Assembly (NCBI GenBank): GCA_964503315.1
Contig: CAZCZL010000012.1
Span: 10,487-74,486 of the forward strand
Reading direction: 5' to 3'
Source: an uncultured Ignavibacteriales bacterium
GTDB lineage: Bacteria; Zixibacteria; MSB-5A5; GN15; FEB-12
DNA length: 64,000 nt
Positions 18,465-28,273 of this stretch are shown here, piece by piece. Position 1 is the stretch's first letter. Every line of letters begins with the position of its first letter. The notes under the pieces are model-generated. The model made no database searches. It was not told the origin of the DNA and saw nothing but the letters and a program-made list of their open reading frames with translations. A program made the translations under genes and the position numbers.

Positions 18465-19403
18465 GTGAATTACCGTCGAGTTGGTGGAGCTGGTGTAAAA
18501 ATTTCAAGTATCTCGCTGGGGGCGTGGCTGACCTATGGCGGGACAGTTGCGGACAAAACCGCTACTGATATTATCCAGCGCGCGATCGAGCTGGGAGTGA
18601 ACTTCATCGATATGTCGGATATCTATCGCAAAGGGGAAGCTGAAAAAGTGGTCGGCAACGCGATCAAAGAGTTCAAACGATCCGATCTGGTGATATCGAG
18701 CAAACTTTTCTGGCCGATGACGGACAACGTCAATGACCGCGGCCTCTCCCGCAAACATATCATGGAATCGATCGAGAAGTCGCTCAAACGGATCGGCACC
18801 GACTATCTCGATATCTACTTCTGCCACCGCTTCGACCCGGAGACGCCCATCGAGGAGACCGCCCGCGCGATGGATGACCTGATCCGCCAGGGGAAAGTGC
18901 TTTACTGGGGGCATTCCGTCTGGGAGGCCGACCAGATCCAGTCGGCGGTGGATATCGCCGAGCGCTATCTCACATATCGCCCGTCGGTCGAGCAACCCCG
19001 CTACAATATGATTGACCGTCACATTGAGAAGGATATACTCCCGACATGCGCCAGAAACGGTATAGGGCTGGTGGTCTGGTCGCCATTGGCGCAGGGGCTG
19101 TTAACCGGCAAATACAACAATGGGATGCCGGATGGGAGCCGTGGAGCGACCAGTCAATGGCTTGAGCGGGACCTGAACGAAACCAATATTGCCAAGGTCC
19201 GTAAACTGACTGAGATAGCGCAGAAGCTTGGTATCACAGTCGGGCAGTTGGCGCTCGCCTGGGTACTTCGGTTGCCCGAGATAAGTTGCGCCATCACCGG
19301 CGCGACCACTGTCGCCCAGCTCGAAGAAAATGTCAAAGCGGCCGAGATCGAACTGTCGCCAGAGACACTTACAGCGATCGAACGGATACTTGACGGCAAA
19401 TAG
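18465..19403 (+). CDS. aldo/keto reductase (Kv-beta-like subfamily)
   Basis: Motifs are GAWLTYGG, FIDMSDIY (AKR active-site Asp/Tyr region), LDIYFCHRFD, QPRYNM, WSPLAQGLLTGKY and GATTVAQLEEN. Confidence 0.85.
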   Translation: MNYRRVGGAGVKISSISLGAWLTYGGTVADKTATDIIQRAIELGVNFIDMSDIYRKGEAEKVVGNAIKEFKRSDLVISSKLFWPMTDNVNDRGLSRKHIMESIEKSLKRIGTDYLDIYFCHRFDPETPIEETARAMDDLIRQGKVLYWGHSVWEADQIQSAVDIAERYLTYRPSVEQPRYNMIDRHIEKDILPTCARNGIGLVVWSPLAQGLLTGKYNNGMPDGSRGATSQWLERDLNETNIAKVRKLTEIAQKLGITVGQLALAWVLRLPEISCAITGATTVAQLEENVKAAEIELSPETLTAIERILDGK

Positions 19404-19446
19404 ATTCGATAGACAGTTTATGTGACGATAGAACAGGAGCGGCATA

Positions 19447-19950
19447 ATGTACAACACACTGGCGGAGTTTTTTGGGGAGTTCGAGCATGAGCGCGGTGAA
19501 TCGCAGAAGATCATGAACGCGTTGACCGACGGATCGCTCAAGCAGGCGGTCGCGCAGGATCACCGCACGCTCGGGCGTATCGCCTGGCATCTGGTGACCA
19601 CCTATCCGGAGATGACCGGCTACGCCGGGATTGTCATCAAGGCGGTCGGCAAAGAAGATCCCGTGCCGGCCACAGCCGCGCAGGTCGCGCAGGGTTACCA
19701 GAATGTGACGCAGGAGATGCTCGACTTCATCAAGGCGAACTGGAAAGACAGCGACCTTCAGGCGGAGAAGGATTTTTATGGCGAGAAGTGGACACTTGGG
19801 CTCGCCCTCAAGATCCTCATCAAGCATGAGATCCATCATCGCGGCCAGATGACCGTGCTGATGCGTCAGGCGGGGCTGAAAGTGCCGGGTGTGTATGGTC
19901 CGGCGAAAGAGGACTGGGCGAACTACGGCCAGAACCCCCCGACGGTCTGA
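19447..19950 (+). CDS. DinB-family protein
   Basis: It has DinB-like four-helix motifs, including the C-terminal HEIHHRGQMTVLMRQAG. Confidence 0.7.
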   Translation: MYNTLAEFFGEFEHERGESQKIMNALTDGSLKQAVAQDHRTLGRIAWHLVTTYPEMTGYAGIVIKAVGKEDPVPATAAQVAQGYQNVTQEMLDFIKANWKDSDLQAEKDFYGEKWTLGLALKILIKHEIHHRGQMTVLMRQAGLKVPGVYGPAKEDWANYGQNPPTV

Positions 19951-20016
19951 TGTAGATTTCGCGATTGTATTTGAGTAGAAGCGCCCGTGGCGGTCTTATC
20001 GACTTGCCCGGGCGTT

Positions 20017-22626
20017 TTATTTGATAACGACTACTTTCCCTATCTGCACGTTCCCTTTGGTATCCTCCACCGACCAATAGTACAGCCCTGACTCTACTGC
20101 CTGGATATTCCGGTTGATCAGGTCCCAACTATCATGCGTGGAGTTCGGGTCGTTGGGATCCATTTCGTGATGAATTTCCCGTACCAGGTCACCATCAAGG
20201 GTGTGGATACGAATGACGCAGACCGGCGGAAGATTGACGAAATTGATGCGCCGCACGCGGTCATCGATCAACCCCCGTTCATTCCCTATCCTCCCTTCAA
20301 ATCCATGGTCGCGGTACTTGTCATCGACCCGGTACGGATTTGGATAGACATAGACCGGCGGGAGAAGAGAATCGTTCTGCCCGTCATCGGCATACGGAAA
20401 GGCCGACTTTAAACCGATCAGTTTGCTTGACTCCAGAGGAGGCATGCTCTGTTCGGGGAATCCAAAATCAAACGCGGTGACATTGATGAAATACGGTACG
20501 GTGGGTAGCAGATCCGGCAGAGTGAACTCGTATTCGTAGTATTTCAAGTAGCCGTCTTCGGTGTAGGCCGAAGCAGGGACATCGACAGTCGGTGGAAGCG
20601 GTTCGTCGGGGTATGTTCTTCGGATAGACGATGTGAATCCCAACTGCGACGCATTGGATTGATGGCGCACGAAATAGAAGATCGAATCAAGAAACCCCTG
20701 TTTCCGATATGGGTTGGTCCGGTCGAATGACAGCGGATGAAAAGTTGAATCGGCACAGCGGTCGGTTCCGGAGCCGTAGAGACAGCGCAACAGCTCAAGC
20801 GTCATTGGGTTTTCGCGATTGATCCAATCGCCGGTCAGCCCTTCATCGGGATCCCAGACCCACTTCTCGTAATTCTCCCGGTCATACGAGGCCGCGAGTG
20901 AAAGACTTGCCTCCCGTTCATCGCGACCGACATAGATATTGTACCCCTCGAAATCCAACACCTGCGTAAACGGGTCGACCCGCGTCTCCGACTCCGCGCC
21001 GTTGAAGCGGACACGTATGCCACTGAGCGTCGGGATAAGCCAGACTTTGGGGGGGAGCGGCGGTGTGAGGGCGCGCCAATCGGGGACACCATCGCCGCGA
21101 TACCAGGTGGTATCCGCCCGCGAGGGAATCCACTGGCCATCCCGAAAAACTGAGTCGAGCACGCATACCCGATACTTGCCTGCGTAGCCATCGGAATCGG
21201 TATCAAAACCGGGGTTATCATAGACCCATTCCGCGTTGAGCGCGTTGTTGACCAGATCATCGAAACTGACATTCGCCATATACTGGTCGATACGGCCCGG
21301 TTGAAGGTTGTCTGCGTTCGAGGCGAGCGTGTGGAAGTTCTCACCACCAACTATAGCAAGCGGGATATCCAGACTCCCGCCAGCTTCAATGGAGAATGGC
21401 CCTATGGAATAGAGACAATCAACCCAGTCACCATCTTTCAGGACATTGACCGCCTGAGGCGAAGGTGCCTCCCATTGGGGGTTGGTCAAGCCGATCTCGG
21501 AAGTACGGAGAACATCGTAGTCGATCTCTCCGTTGCTCATCAGGAAATATTTGTTCCGGTCTCCGTACGGGACACCATTGCCGCCGGTCCCGAAGCGGAG
21601 GGTCGACTGGACAGCGCTCCGCCGATTGGGGCCGAAATCAAGCCGAACGGAGACGTTATTTTCTGCCCACCAGTTAAATGAGATGGTTTTCTCAGGGTCG
21701 AGATCGCCGAGTAGCCTGATCCCAACTACATTGGGGGCCGCTCTGCTTATCTCGTAATAGGGGAACTGGTCACCGATCGGGTCGCCGTCATTGTCAGCTC
21801 CCCAGACGATATTGAGCGTGTCAGCGTAAGAGCAGACTCCCTCACGGAGAAAATCCTTACGAAACCCGCAGATATCATCGCGTCCGGGATACGGACGAGA
21901 CCGGTCGAACCCGTAGCCGACCATCATGCCATAATAGAAACCGATATAGAGTTCATCCTGAGGCTTGTCGCTGATGTTGTGAATAGTGTAGTCGAGCAGA
22001 ATGAAGTCGTCGCAGAAGGCGTTTGACCAAGAGTAGCTCCTCTGCGTGACCGCTACTGGTATCGGCCTGTGGGGACGTTCGTTGAAATAATCAGGTACCA
22101 GACCACCCACACAACAACGGAAGGTATCGCTGTAGATCGCAACATAATCCAATTCCGACACAGCTCCGGCGTAATCGGTTGGGCTGATTGTGGAGCGTCG
22201 CCTCATTTCGCCAAAGGGAGACCTATCGGGAAAGAACTCCTGGCTCCAAGTGCGTTCGCAGTCATCACCGACCGAAACTAACGTGTCACCGTCGACTGCG
22301 GCACCAATCCAGAGACCACCACCGCCGGCGAAAGCTATATCTTGTTGAACGGGGTATCCAATGGCAGAGGTCCCATATTCGCCGCCATAAAAGCAGGACA
22401 GACCATGTGCAAAAACAGTATCGTTATCGAATCCGCCCCAGCCACCTCCATTGTTAACATGCATTCCGATCTTACCGATTGAGTGAACGGCCCAGCAGTA
22501 CGCTGGAAAGGTAGATGTCGTGCTCGCCGGAACCTGATTCTTTCGGTCGGCGGCCAATACAGAGAGCGAAATGACGCATATCAGGAAAACGCAGAGTGGA
22601 GGAAGCCTTTGTGAGCTAATGTGCAT
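20017..22626 (-). CDS. large secreted protein of unknown function with T9SS-type C-terminal sorting domain
   Basis: 869 aa with an N-terminal signal sequence. The last ~70 aa (IRIHTLDGDLVREI...GLYYWSVEDTKGNVQIGKVVVIK) resemble Por/T9SS CTD or FlgD-Ig-like tails. I recognise no catalytic motif. Confidence 0.6.
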   Translation of the reverse strand: MHISSQRLPPLCVFLICVISLSVLAADRKNQVPASTTSTFPAYCWAVHSIGKIGMHVNNGGGWGGFDNDTVFAHGLSCFYGGEYGTSAIGYPVQQDIAFAGGGGLWIGAAVDGDTLVSVGDDCERTWSQEFFPDRSPFGEMRRRSTISPTDYAGAVSELDYVAIYSDTFRCCVGGLVPDYFNERPHRPIPVAVTQRSYSWSNAFCDDFILLDYTIHNISDKPQDELYIGFYYGMMVGYGFDRSRPYPGRDDICGFRKDFLREGVCSYADTLNIVWGADNDGDPIGDQFPYYEISRAAPNVVGIRLLGDLDPEKTISFNWWAENNVSVRLDFGPNRRSAVQSTLRFGTGGNGVPYGDRNKYFLMSNGEIDYDVLRTSEIGLTNPQWEAPSPQAVNVLKDGDWVDCLYSIGPFSIEAGGSLDIPLAIVGGENFHTLASNADNLQPGRIDQYMANVSFDDLVNNALNAEWVYDNPGFDTDSDGYAGKYRVCVLDSVFRDGQWIPSRADTTWYRGDGVPDWRALTPPLPPKVWLIPTLSGIRVRFNGAESETRVDPFTQVLDFEGYNIYVGRDEREASLSLAASYDRENYEKWVWDPDEGLTGDWINRENPMTLELLRCLYGSGTDRCADSTFHPLSFDRTNPYRKQGFLDSIFYFVRHQSNASQLGFTSSIRRTYPDEPLPPTVDVPASAYTEDGYLKYYEYEFTLPDLLPTVPYFINVTAFDFGFPEQSMPPLESSKLIGLKSAFPYADDGQNDSLLPPVYVYPNPYRVDDKYRDHGFEGRIGNERGLIDDRVRRINFVNLPPVCVIRIHTLDGDLVREIHHEMDPNDPNSTHDSWDLINRNIQAVESGLYYWSVEDTKGNVQIGKVVVIK

Positions 22627-22737
22627 ACTCCTCCCCAGGCAAACTGGTTGCCGTAGGTGTCTCTAAGGTACGTTTGAAACGCGAAATCGTCAAACGGGAA
22701 GTAGGGCTGTTTTCCACTCCCGCGCCGAGGTGAGAAC

Positions 22738-23631
22738 TCAGACCATCGTTGTGTTGGTCGAGGGTCGTGGGAGCTTGATAAGATTCAACACCAGCCCTGT
22801 CCCCAATAATATCAGCGCCATCCCGCCGATCATCCCAAGCGTCAACTGCTCGTGCAGGAATATCACCCCCCAGAGGATCCCGAACAAAGGCATCAGGAAG
22901 GTAACCGTCAGCGCCTTGGTCGGGCCGATATCGGCGATCAACCGGAAATAGAGCAGATAGGCGACCGCGCTACAGATGATCGCGAGCGCCAGCATATTGA
23001 GAGCGATAAACGGCGTTACCTCCCCGCGCATCGGAAAGGCCGGGATAGCTGGTATGAGTACAAATGCGGCCATCAACTGACTCGCCCCGGCGATAGCGCG
23101 CGGTTTGAGCGCCTTGCCGAATCTCTTGATATAAACCGCCGAAAAACCGTAGCAAAGAGTCGCCACCAGACAGGCGAGGACCGAGACGAGAAACCAGGAA
23201 TCAACCTCCGCCGGCGGGATATTAACCACCAGCGCCACACCCGACGCGCCAACCAGCAGTCCAAGCACCCGCACCCAGGTCAACCTCTCCCCCAGCCAGA
23301 ACGCCGACAGGATCGCGCTCCAGAGCGGCGAACTTGAATTGAGGATCGCCGAATAGGAGGCCGGGATATGGAGCGCGGCAAACGCGTACATGAAGAACGG
23401 GATGCCGGAGTTGACCGCGCCGATCAGCAGGTACTGTTTCCAGTGAGTGCGGAACTCCATGTCAAAACCAATGATGCGGAAATAGATAGCGAGGACTATT
23501 CCGGCGATCAACACCCGGAGCATGGCGGTCATGATCGGCCCGAGGACCGGGGAGATCACCCGCATAAAGATAAACGACCCGCCCCAGATGGCGGCGAGGA
23601 CAATCAGGCTGACGATGTCTGAGGTCTTCAT
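22738..23631 (-). CDS. EamA/DMT-family transporter
   Basis: 297 aa with 10 predicted hydrophobic helices in two EamA-like halves (AAIWGGSFIFMR ... LYFRLIADIGPTKA). Confidence 0.75.
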   Translation of the reverse strand: MKTSDIVSLIVLAAIWGGSFIFMRVISPVLGPIMTAMLRVLIAGIVLAIYFRIIGFDMEFRTHWKQYLLIGAVNSGIPFFMYAFAALHIPASYSAILNSSSPLWSAILSAFWLGERLTWVRVLGLLVGASGVALVVNIPPAEVDSWFLVSVLACLVATLCYGFSAVYIKRFGKALKPRAIAGASQLMAAFVLIPAIPAFPMRGEVTPFIALNMLALAIICSAVAYLLYFRLIADIGPTKALTVTFLMPLFGILWGVIFLHEQLTLGMIGGMALILLGTGLVLNLIKLPRPSTNTTMV

Positions 23632-23733
23632 AGATGCGGGGGAAGGTAGTCTGTCACACCCCTCCTGTCTACCGGAAAAGAGGCAGGGAATCAGAGTGAG
23701 ACACCCTCACCCGCCCCCGCCTGCACGGGGGCA

Positions 23734-23782
23734 CCCTCTCCCAAAGGGAGAGGGGAATTTTCCTTCTCCCTTTGGGAGAAGG
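23734..23782. repeat. tandem pair of related 9-bp-stem hairpins (REP-like)
   Basis: ccctctccc-aaa-gggagaggg (23734-23754) and ccttctccc-ttt-gggagaagg (23762-23782) lie in a 300-bp intergenic region. Confidence 0.6.
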
Positions 23783-23932
23783 TGGCGCGAAGCGACGGAT
23801 GAGGGACTCCTCGCCCCGATCAATTCACCGTTGACCCGCAGTATTTTTCCGCTTCACTGTTTACCTTTGGCTGTCGGCGTTCGTCTAATGGTCAAAACAG
23901 GTCACGAAAACCAGCTCTCTCAGGAGTTCATT

Positions 23933-24433
23933 ATGGATAACGACATTCTAATCCAGGAATCGATCATGTTCGTCGCGGTGACGGCGCTGATCGGGTTCCT
24001 CTGCTGGCTGTTGTTCCGGCGCAGACAGAACATCATGCATCTTGAATACTACCGGCTCGAGTCGCTCAACAAGTTGATCGACAAGTACGGCAGCGCGGCG
24101 GAGTTTGTCAGCTTTATGGCGACCGATGCCGGCAAACGGTTGCTGCTTAGCGCGGAGAAGGAAGCACCCGCTGGGAACGGCAAAACGATAGTCCTCCGTT
24201 TCATTCAGGCGGCGGTGATGATCTTTGTTCTCGGCGCGGGATTCATGGCTGGGTCGAGTCAGTACGCCAATTCCACCGACCCGGCAAATATACAGCAGGT
24301 GTATGACATGGAGTATTGGGGATTAATGTGCCACATGATCGCAACAGGTCTCTTTATAGTTGCGACCGTAACTTACTTTTGGAACAAGATGCAGGAACGG
24401 GCGGCTCGGAAAGCGGGTATACTGAACGCCTGA
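23933..24433 (+). CDS. membrane protein of unknown function
   Basis: The ATG at 23933 gives MDNDILIQESIMFVAVTALIGFLCWLLF... with about 4 hydrophobic helices. The longer ORF from 23522 overlaps the EamA gene and the REP hairpins, so I reject that extension. Confidence 0.5.
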   Translation: MDNDILIQESIMFVAVTALIGFLCWLLFRRRQNIMHLEYYRLESLNKLIDKYGSAAEFVSFMATDAGKRLLLSAEKEAPAGNGKTIVLRFIQAAVMIFVLGAGFMAGSSQYANSTDPANIQQVYDMEYWGLMCHMIATGLFIVATVTYFWNKMQERAARKAGILNA

Positions 24434-24455
24434 GCGGTTCAACCGGCAACCAGCA

Positions 24456-24956
24456 ATGAACCAGTCCGAGTTCCGCATCTTCTATCGTGCGACGTACCGT
24501 CCGCTCTGGAGTTACCTCTACCGGATGGTACGTCAGGTTGAACTGAGTAATGATCTTGCTCAGGAAAGCTATTTTCGCTTTCTGAAAGCGGAGCGCGCGA
24601 AGCGGGAACCCGGCGCGGAGAGATCTTACTTGTTCACGATCGCGACGAATCTGGTGCGCGACCACTGGCGCACCGGCAAGGTGCATGGCGAGTGGATCGA
24701 AGAGACTGCCGACGACGATGTTGATACCTCGGCGGAAGATCTCCCATTGCGGCTCGACCTCGCCAACGCGATGGAGCGGTTGAGCCTGACGCATCGCTCT
24801 TTGCTCTGGCTCTGTTATGTCGAGGGGTACTCGCATTCCGAAGCCGCCTCAATTGTCGGTGTGGAGAGTCATTCAGTGAAAGTACTGTTATCGCGCGCGC
24901 GGAAAAAACTGGCAGGGATCTGCCAGGAGATAGGGATGGGAAAAGAAAGAGAGTAA
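24456..24956 (+). CDS. ECF-type RNA polymerase sigma-70 family factor
   Basis: Region 2 is DLAQESYFRFL ... YLFTIATNLVRDHWR. Region 4 is LSLTHRSLLWLCYVEGYSHSEAASIVGVESHSVKVLLSRARKKL. Confidence 0.85.
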   Translation: MNQSEFRIFYRATYRPLWSYLYRMVRQVELSNDLAQESYFRFLKAERAKREPGAERSYLFTIATNLVRDHWRTGKVHGEWIEETADDDVDTSAEDLPLRLDLANAMERLSLTHRSLLWLCYVEGYSHSEAASIVGVESHSVKVLLSRARKKLAGICQEIGMGKERE

Positions 24957-24958
24957 CT

Positions 24959-25438
24959 ATGCAGTGCGAATTTGAATCACGGGTGATAGACGCGACGCGA
25001 ACCGGCACGGTAAACGACCAACTTCGCGCGCATATCAATTCCTGCGCCACCTGTCGGACGACCGAACAGCTTGCGCTCTCCTTTTATGCGCTGGCCATCG
25101 AAACGGAATCCATCATGCCGCCCGTGCCTGATCCATCCCTCATCTGGCGAGATGCGTACCTCCGACCGGAGTCTGTGCGATCGAATACCCTCCTCTACCT
25201 TATCTCCGCGGCGGTGATGGCCCTGGTCATGATAACCGGCTACTTCTCCTATGGGTTGTTCTTCCGAGCGCCACAGGGGACGACAGGTTCACTGGCGCGG
25301 TTGCCGCTGGGTGGGATACCGTTCCCGAACGACAGCGGGCTGTTGATCATACTTTTCGCGCTCGCGCTCGTCATCTTTCTGCCGAAGATCGGACCCTCCC
25401 GACCGAAAAACTACACCGGGACGATGGTGTCGCTGTAG
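24959..25438 (+). CDS. anti-sigma factor (zf-HC2-like, single-pass membrane)
   Basis: It starts 3 nt after the sigma-gene stop. The N-terminus has HINSCATC, followed by transmembrane segments. Confidence 0.6.
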   Translation: MQCEFESRVIDATRTGTVNDQLRAHINSCATCRTTEQLALSFYALAIETESIMPPVPDPSLIWRDAYLRPESVRSNTLLYLISAAVMALVMITGYFSYGLFFRAPQGTTGSLARLPLGGIPFPNDSGLLIILFALALVIFLPKIGPSRPKNYTGTMVSL

Positions 25439-25501
25439 TTCTTCGCGAATCTCCGCAAAGTCATTGCAAACGGGGCGGGAGTGCGTATATTCGCCCCACG
25501 T

Positions 25502-27748
25502 ATGCAGCATCTATTGGAAGGACTTAACAAGGAACAGCGCGAGGCGGTCGAAACGACCGATGGTCCTCTGCTGGTTATCGCCGGCGCCGGCTCCGGAAAG
25601 ACCCGTGTCTTGACGCGCCGCCTGGCGTATATCCTGACCCAGCGGCTTGCCGAACCCTACCAGATGCTGGCGGTCACCTTCACCAACAAAGCGGCGGGCG
25701 AAATGAAAGCGCGTGTCAACGCGCTGATGCATACCGAGATCGCGGAACTTCAGGTCAGTACCTTCCACTCGTTCTGCGCGCGGCTCCTTCGCCGCGAAGC
25801 GGCCTCGGCGGGATATGACAGCAATTTCACGATCCTCGACCAGGAAGACTCCATCAGCCTGATCAAGAACTGCATCAAGGATCTGCGCATCTCCGAAGGA
25901 CAGTTCCCCGCCAAAGGTCAGGCGCGCAAAATATCCGACGCGAAAAATCAGCTGATCTCTCCCGATCAGTTCGCGCAACAGGCGACCGGCTATTTCGAGT
26001 CGCGCACGGCGGAGATATACAAGCTCTACCAGCGTCGCCTCCGCGAATGCAACGGCATGGACTTCGATGACCTGATCTTCAATACCGTCTGGATTCTCAA
26101 GAACAACGAGGAGATCGGCGAACGGTACCGCAATCGCTTCCGCTATCTCCTGGTTGACGAGTATCAAGACACAAATCGCGTGCAGTATCTATTGCTCAAG
26201 GCGATCCTGGGCGATCATAAGAACATCTGCGTGGTCGGCGACGAAGATCAATCCATCTACGGATGGCGCGGCGCGGATATCCGGAACATTCTGGAATTCG
26301 AGAAAGATTTCCCCGGCGCGAAGATCATCAAGCTGGAGCAGAACTATCGCAGCACCAATACCATCCTGCGAGCAGCATCGGCGGTGATCGAGCACAACCA
26401 GGCGCGCAAGGGGAAAACGCTCTGGGCTCAGGCCGAGGATGGTGAGCCGATCCGGCTTTTGATGGTCGATTCGGCCGAGGATGAAGCGGTCCGGATGGTC
26501 GATCAGATCGACAGCGATCGCGCAACACGGTCGCTCAAAGAGATGGTGATCCTATATCGTACCAACGCACAGTCACGACCGTTCGAAGAACAACTTCGGC
26601 GCAAAAATATCCCCTACCAGATCGTTGGAGGGATCTCCTTTTATCAGCGCAAAGAGATCAAAGACTTGATGGCGTATCTCAAACTGATCGCCAATCCGAA
26701 GGACGATGTTGCATTTGAGCGGATCATCAATTATCCCAAGCGTGGCCTTGGCGACAAGACAGTGGCGGATATGTCCGAGCTGGGAGCACAACATCATCGT
26801 CCAATGTACGAGATTGCACAGGCGGCGGCGGGTTTCCCTGAGCTGGCCGGAAAAGCCAAACGTATTCAGCCGTTTGTCGAGCTGATCGAGAAATATCGCG
26901 CGCGCGTTGACACCGACCCAATCGATCTTTTGTGCGAAGATCTGGTCGCAGATATCAAGCTGATCGAAGAACTGCGGGCCGAAGATGCGGTGATCGGTGA
27001 GGCGAAAGTCGAGAATATCGAGGCCTTTATCGAAGGTGCGGCGGAATTCGCCCGCGGACGAAGTGAATCCGGACTCAGGGACTATCTTGCGGAGATATCC
27101 CTCTTCTCCGACACCGACCAGTACAAAGAGATCGAAGAGAAGATCACGCTGATGACGATCCACTCCGCCAAGGGGCTGGAGTACGAGACCGTGTACATTG
27201 TCGGGCTGGAAGAAGGATTGTTTCCGCTGCAACGAACCATCATAGAGCCGATGCAGCTAGAAGAGGAACGCCGCCTCTTTTATGTCGCGGCCACACGCGC
27301 GCGCAAACGGCTTTTTCTCTCGACCGCCACGACTCGTTTTCGGTTCGGCGAGGTTCAATCGATCCCATCGCGATTCATCAAAGAGATCCCCGAATCACTT
27401 CTGGAAAAGCGCGATCTCCGTTCTCGTACCGCATTCCAGTACGGAAGCGGCTACCAGGCGACGGTTCAGGGGAAGCCATTCCCGTCGCAGCAAGTCGGCG
27501 ACGATGACCTCTTTGGCGGTCGCCCCGCCGCGACATCATCGGGCAGAGCCAAGGGCGAAACATATTACGAGTACGAAGAGAATGAAACCTATCGAGTCGG
27601 TCGCATTGTGGCGCATCCGACTTTTGGGCGCGGCAAGATTGTCTCCGCCGAAGGATACGGCGATTCGTTGCGGCTTGAGATCATGTTCACCGGCCTGGGA
27701 ATCAAGAAGATCATGGCGAAATACGCCAAATTGCGGGTTGTAGGATAA
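25502..27748 (+). CDS. pcrA: ATP-dependent DNA helicase PcrA/UvrD
   Basis: LNKEQREAV, AGAGSGKT (Walker A), TFTNKAAGEM, LLVDEYQDTN (DExx), GDEDQSIYGWRGA, QNYRST, TIHSAKGLEY and the C-terminal VAHPTFGRGKIV tail are all present. Confidence 0.9.
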   Translation: MQHLLEGLNKEQREAVETTDGPLLVIAGAGSGKTRVLTRRLAYILTQRLAEPYQMLAVTFTNKAAGEMKARVNALMHTEIAELQVSTFHSFCARLLRREAASAGYDSNFTILDQEDSISLIKNCIKDLRISEGQFPAKGQARKISDAKNQLISPDQFAQQATGYFESRTAEIYKLYQRRLRECNGMDFDDLIFNTVWILKNNEEIGERYRNRFRYLLVDEYQDTNRVQYLLLKAILGDHKNICVVGDEDQSIYGWRGADIRNILEFEKDFPGAKIIKLEQNYRSTNTILRAASAVIEHNQARKGKTLWAQAEDGEPIRLLMVDSAEDEAVRMVDQIDSDRATRSLKEMVILYRTNAQSRPFEEQLRRKNIPYQIVGGISFYQRKEIKDLMAYLKLIANPKDDVAFERIINYPKRGLGDKTVADMSELGAQHHRPMYEIAQAAAGFPELAGKAKRIQPFVELIEKYRARVDTDPIDLLCEDLVADIKLIEELRAEDAVIGEAKVENIEAFIEGAAEFARGRSESGLRDYLAEISLFSDTDQYKEIEEKITLMTIHSAKGLEYETVYIVGLEEGLFPLQRTIIEPMQLEEERRLFYVAATRARKRLFLSTATTRFRFGEVQSIPSRFIKEIPESLLEKRDLRSRTAFQYGSGYQATVQGKPFPSQQVGDDDLFGGRPAATSSGRAKGETYYEYEENETYRVGRIVAHPTFGRGKIVSAEGYGDSLRLEIMFTGLGIKKIMAKYAKLRVVG

Positions 27749-27754
27749 ACGCAG

Positions 27755-28240
27755 TCAGCCGCTTTGCGAAGTCGACTCGATCTGCTTCGACTCTCTTCTC
27801 TTGAAGACCACTCTCCCCCACACAAGCGGGACCGCCAGCACCAGCACCGCGCCGCCTGCCATCACCAGAAATCCATACCGGACGCGTGTCGCGCCGACCA
27901 GTCCGCGCATCGTGTTCTTCAGCGGGCCATCCGCAATACCCTGCTTAAATTCCGTATCCATACTCTTTTTCCTGTTCTCGATCTCTCCAACCGTGTAGAA
28001 CAGCAGGACTAACGCCAGAATACCGGTGAGATAGAGTACCCACCACTTGCGAAAGAGCGCGGAGAGTATCGAAATCGCGGCCAGCGATATCAGGATGATC
28101 GCGCCGGTCGGACTAAGGTCAAAGAATGATTCATCGCGGAATATCTTCATCCCGAGCAGAGGCAATGTTACCCCCCAGACCATCAGCCCGGCGCCGACGA
28201 TAACTATGAATTGGCGAAGTATGACAGAAAAATTAAACAT
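27755..28240 (-). CDS. membrane protein of unknown function
   Basis: 161 aa with 4 hydrophobic helices. No recognisable motif. Confidence 0.45.
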   Translation of the reverse strand: MFNFSVILRQFIVIVGAGLMVWGVTLPLLGMKIFRDESFFDLSPTGAIILISLAAISILSALFRKWWVLYLTGILALVLLFYTVGEIENRKKSMDTEFKQGIADGPLKNTMRGLVGATRVRYGFLVMAGGAVLVLAVPLVWGRVVFKRRESKQIESTSQSG

Positions 28241-28273
28241 GGTTGCCCGGTTGAGATACGTGATAGGAGAGAA

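Noticed and set aside
23522-23932. N-terminal extension of the 23522-24433 ORF (303 aa).
   Set aside because: The extension overlaps the start of the EamA gene and reads through the REP-like hairpins (PLPKGEGNFPSPFGRRW). The hydrophobic protein plausibly begins at ATG 23933.
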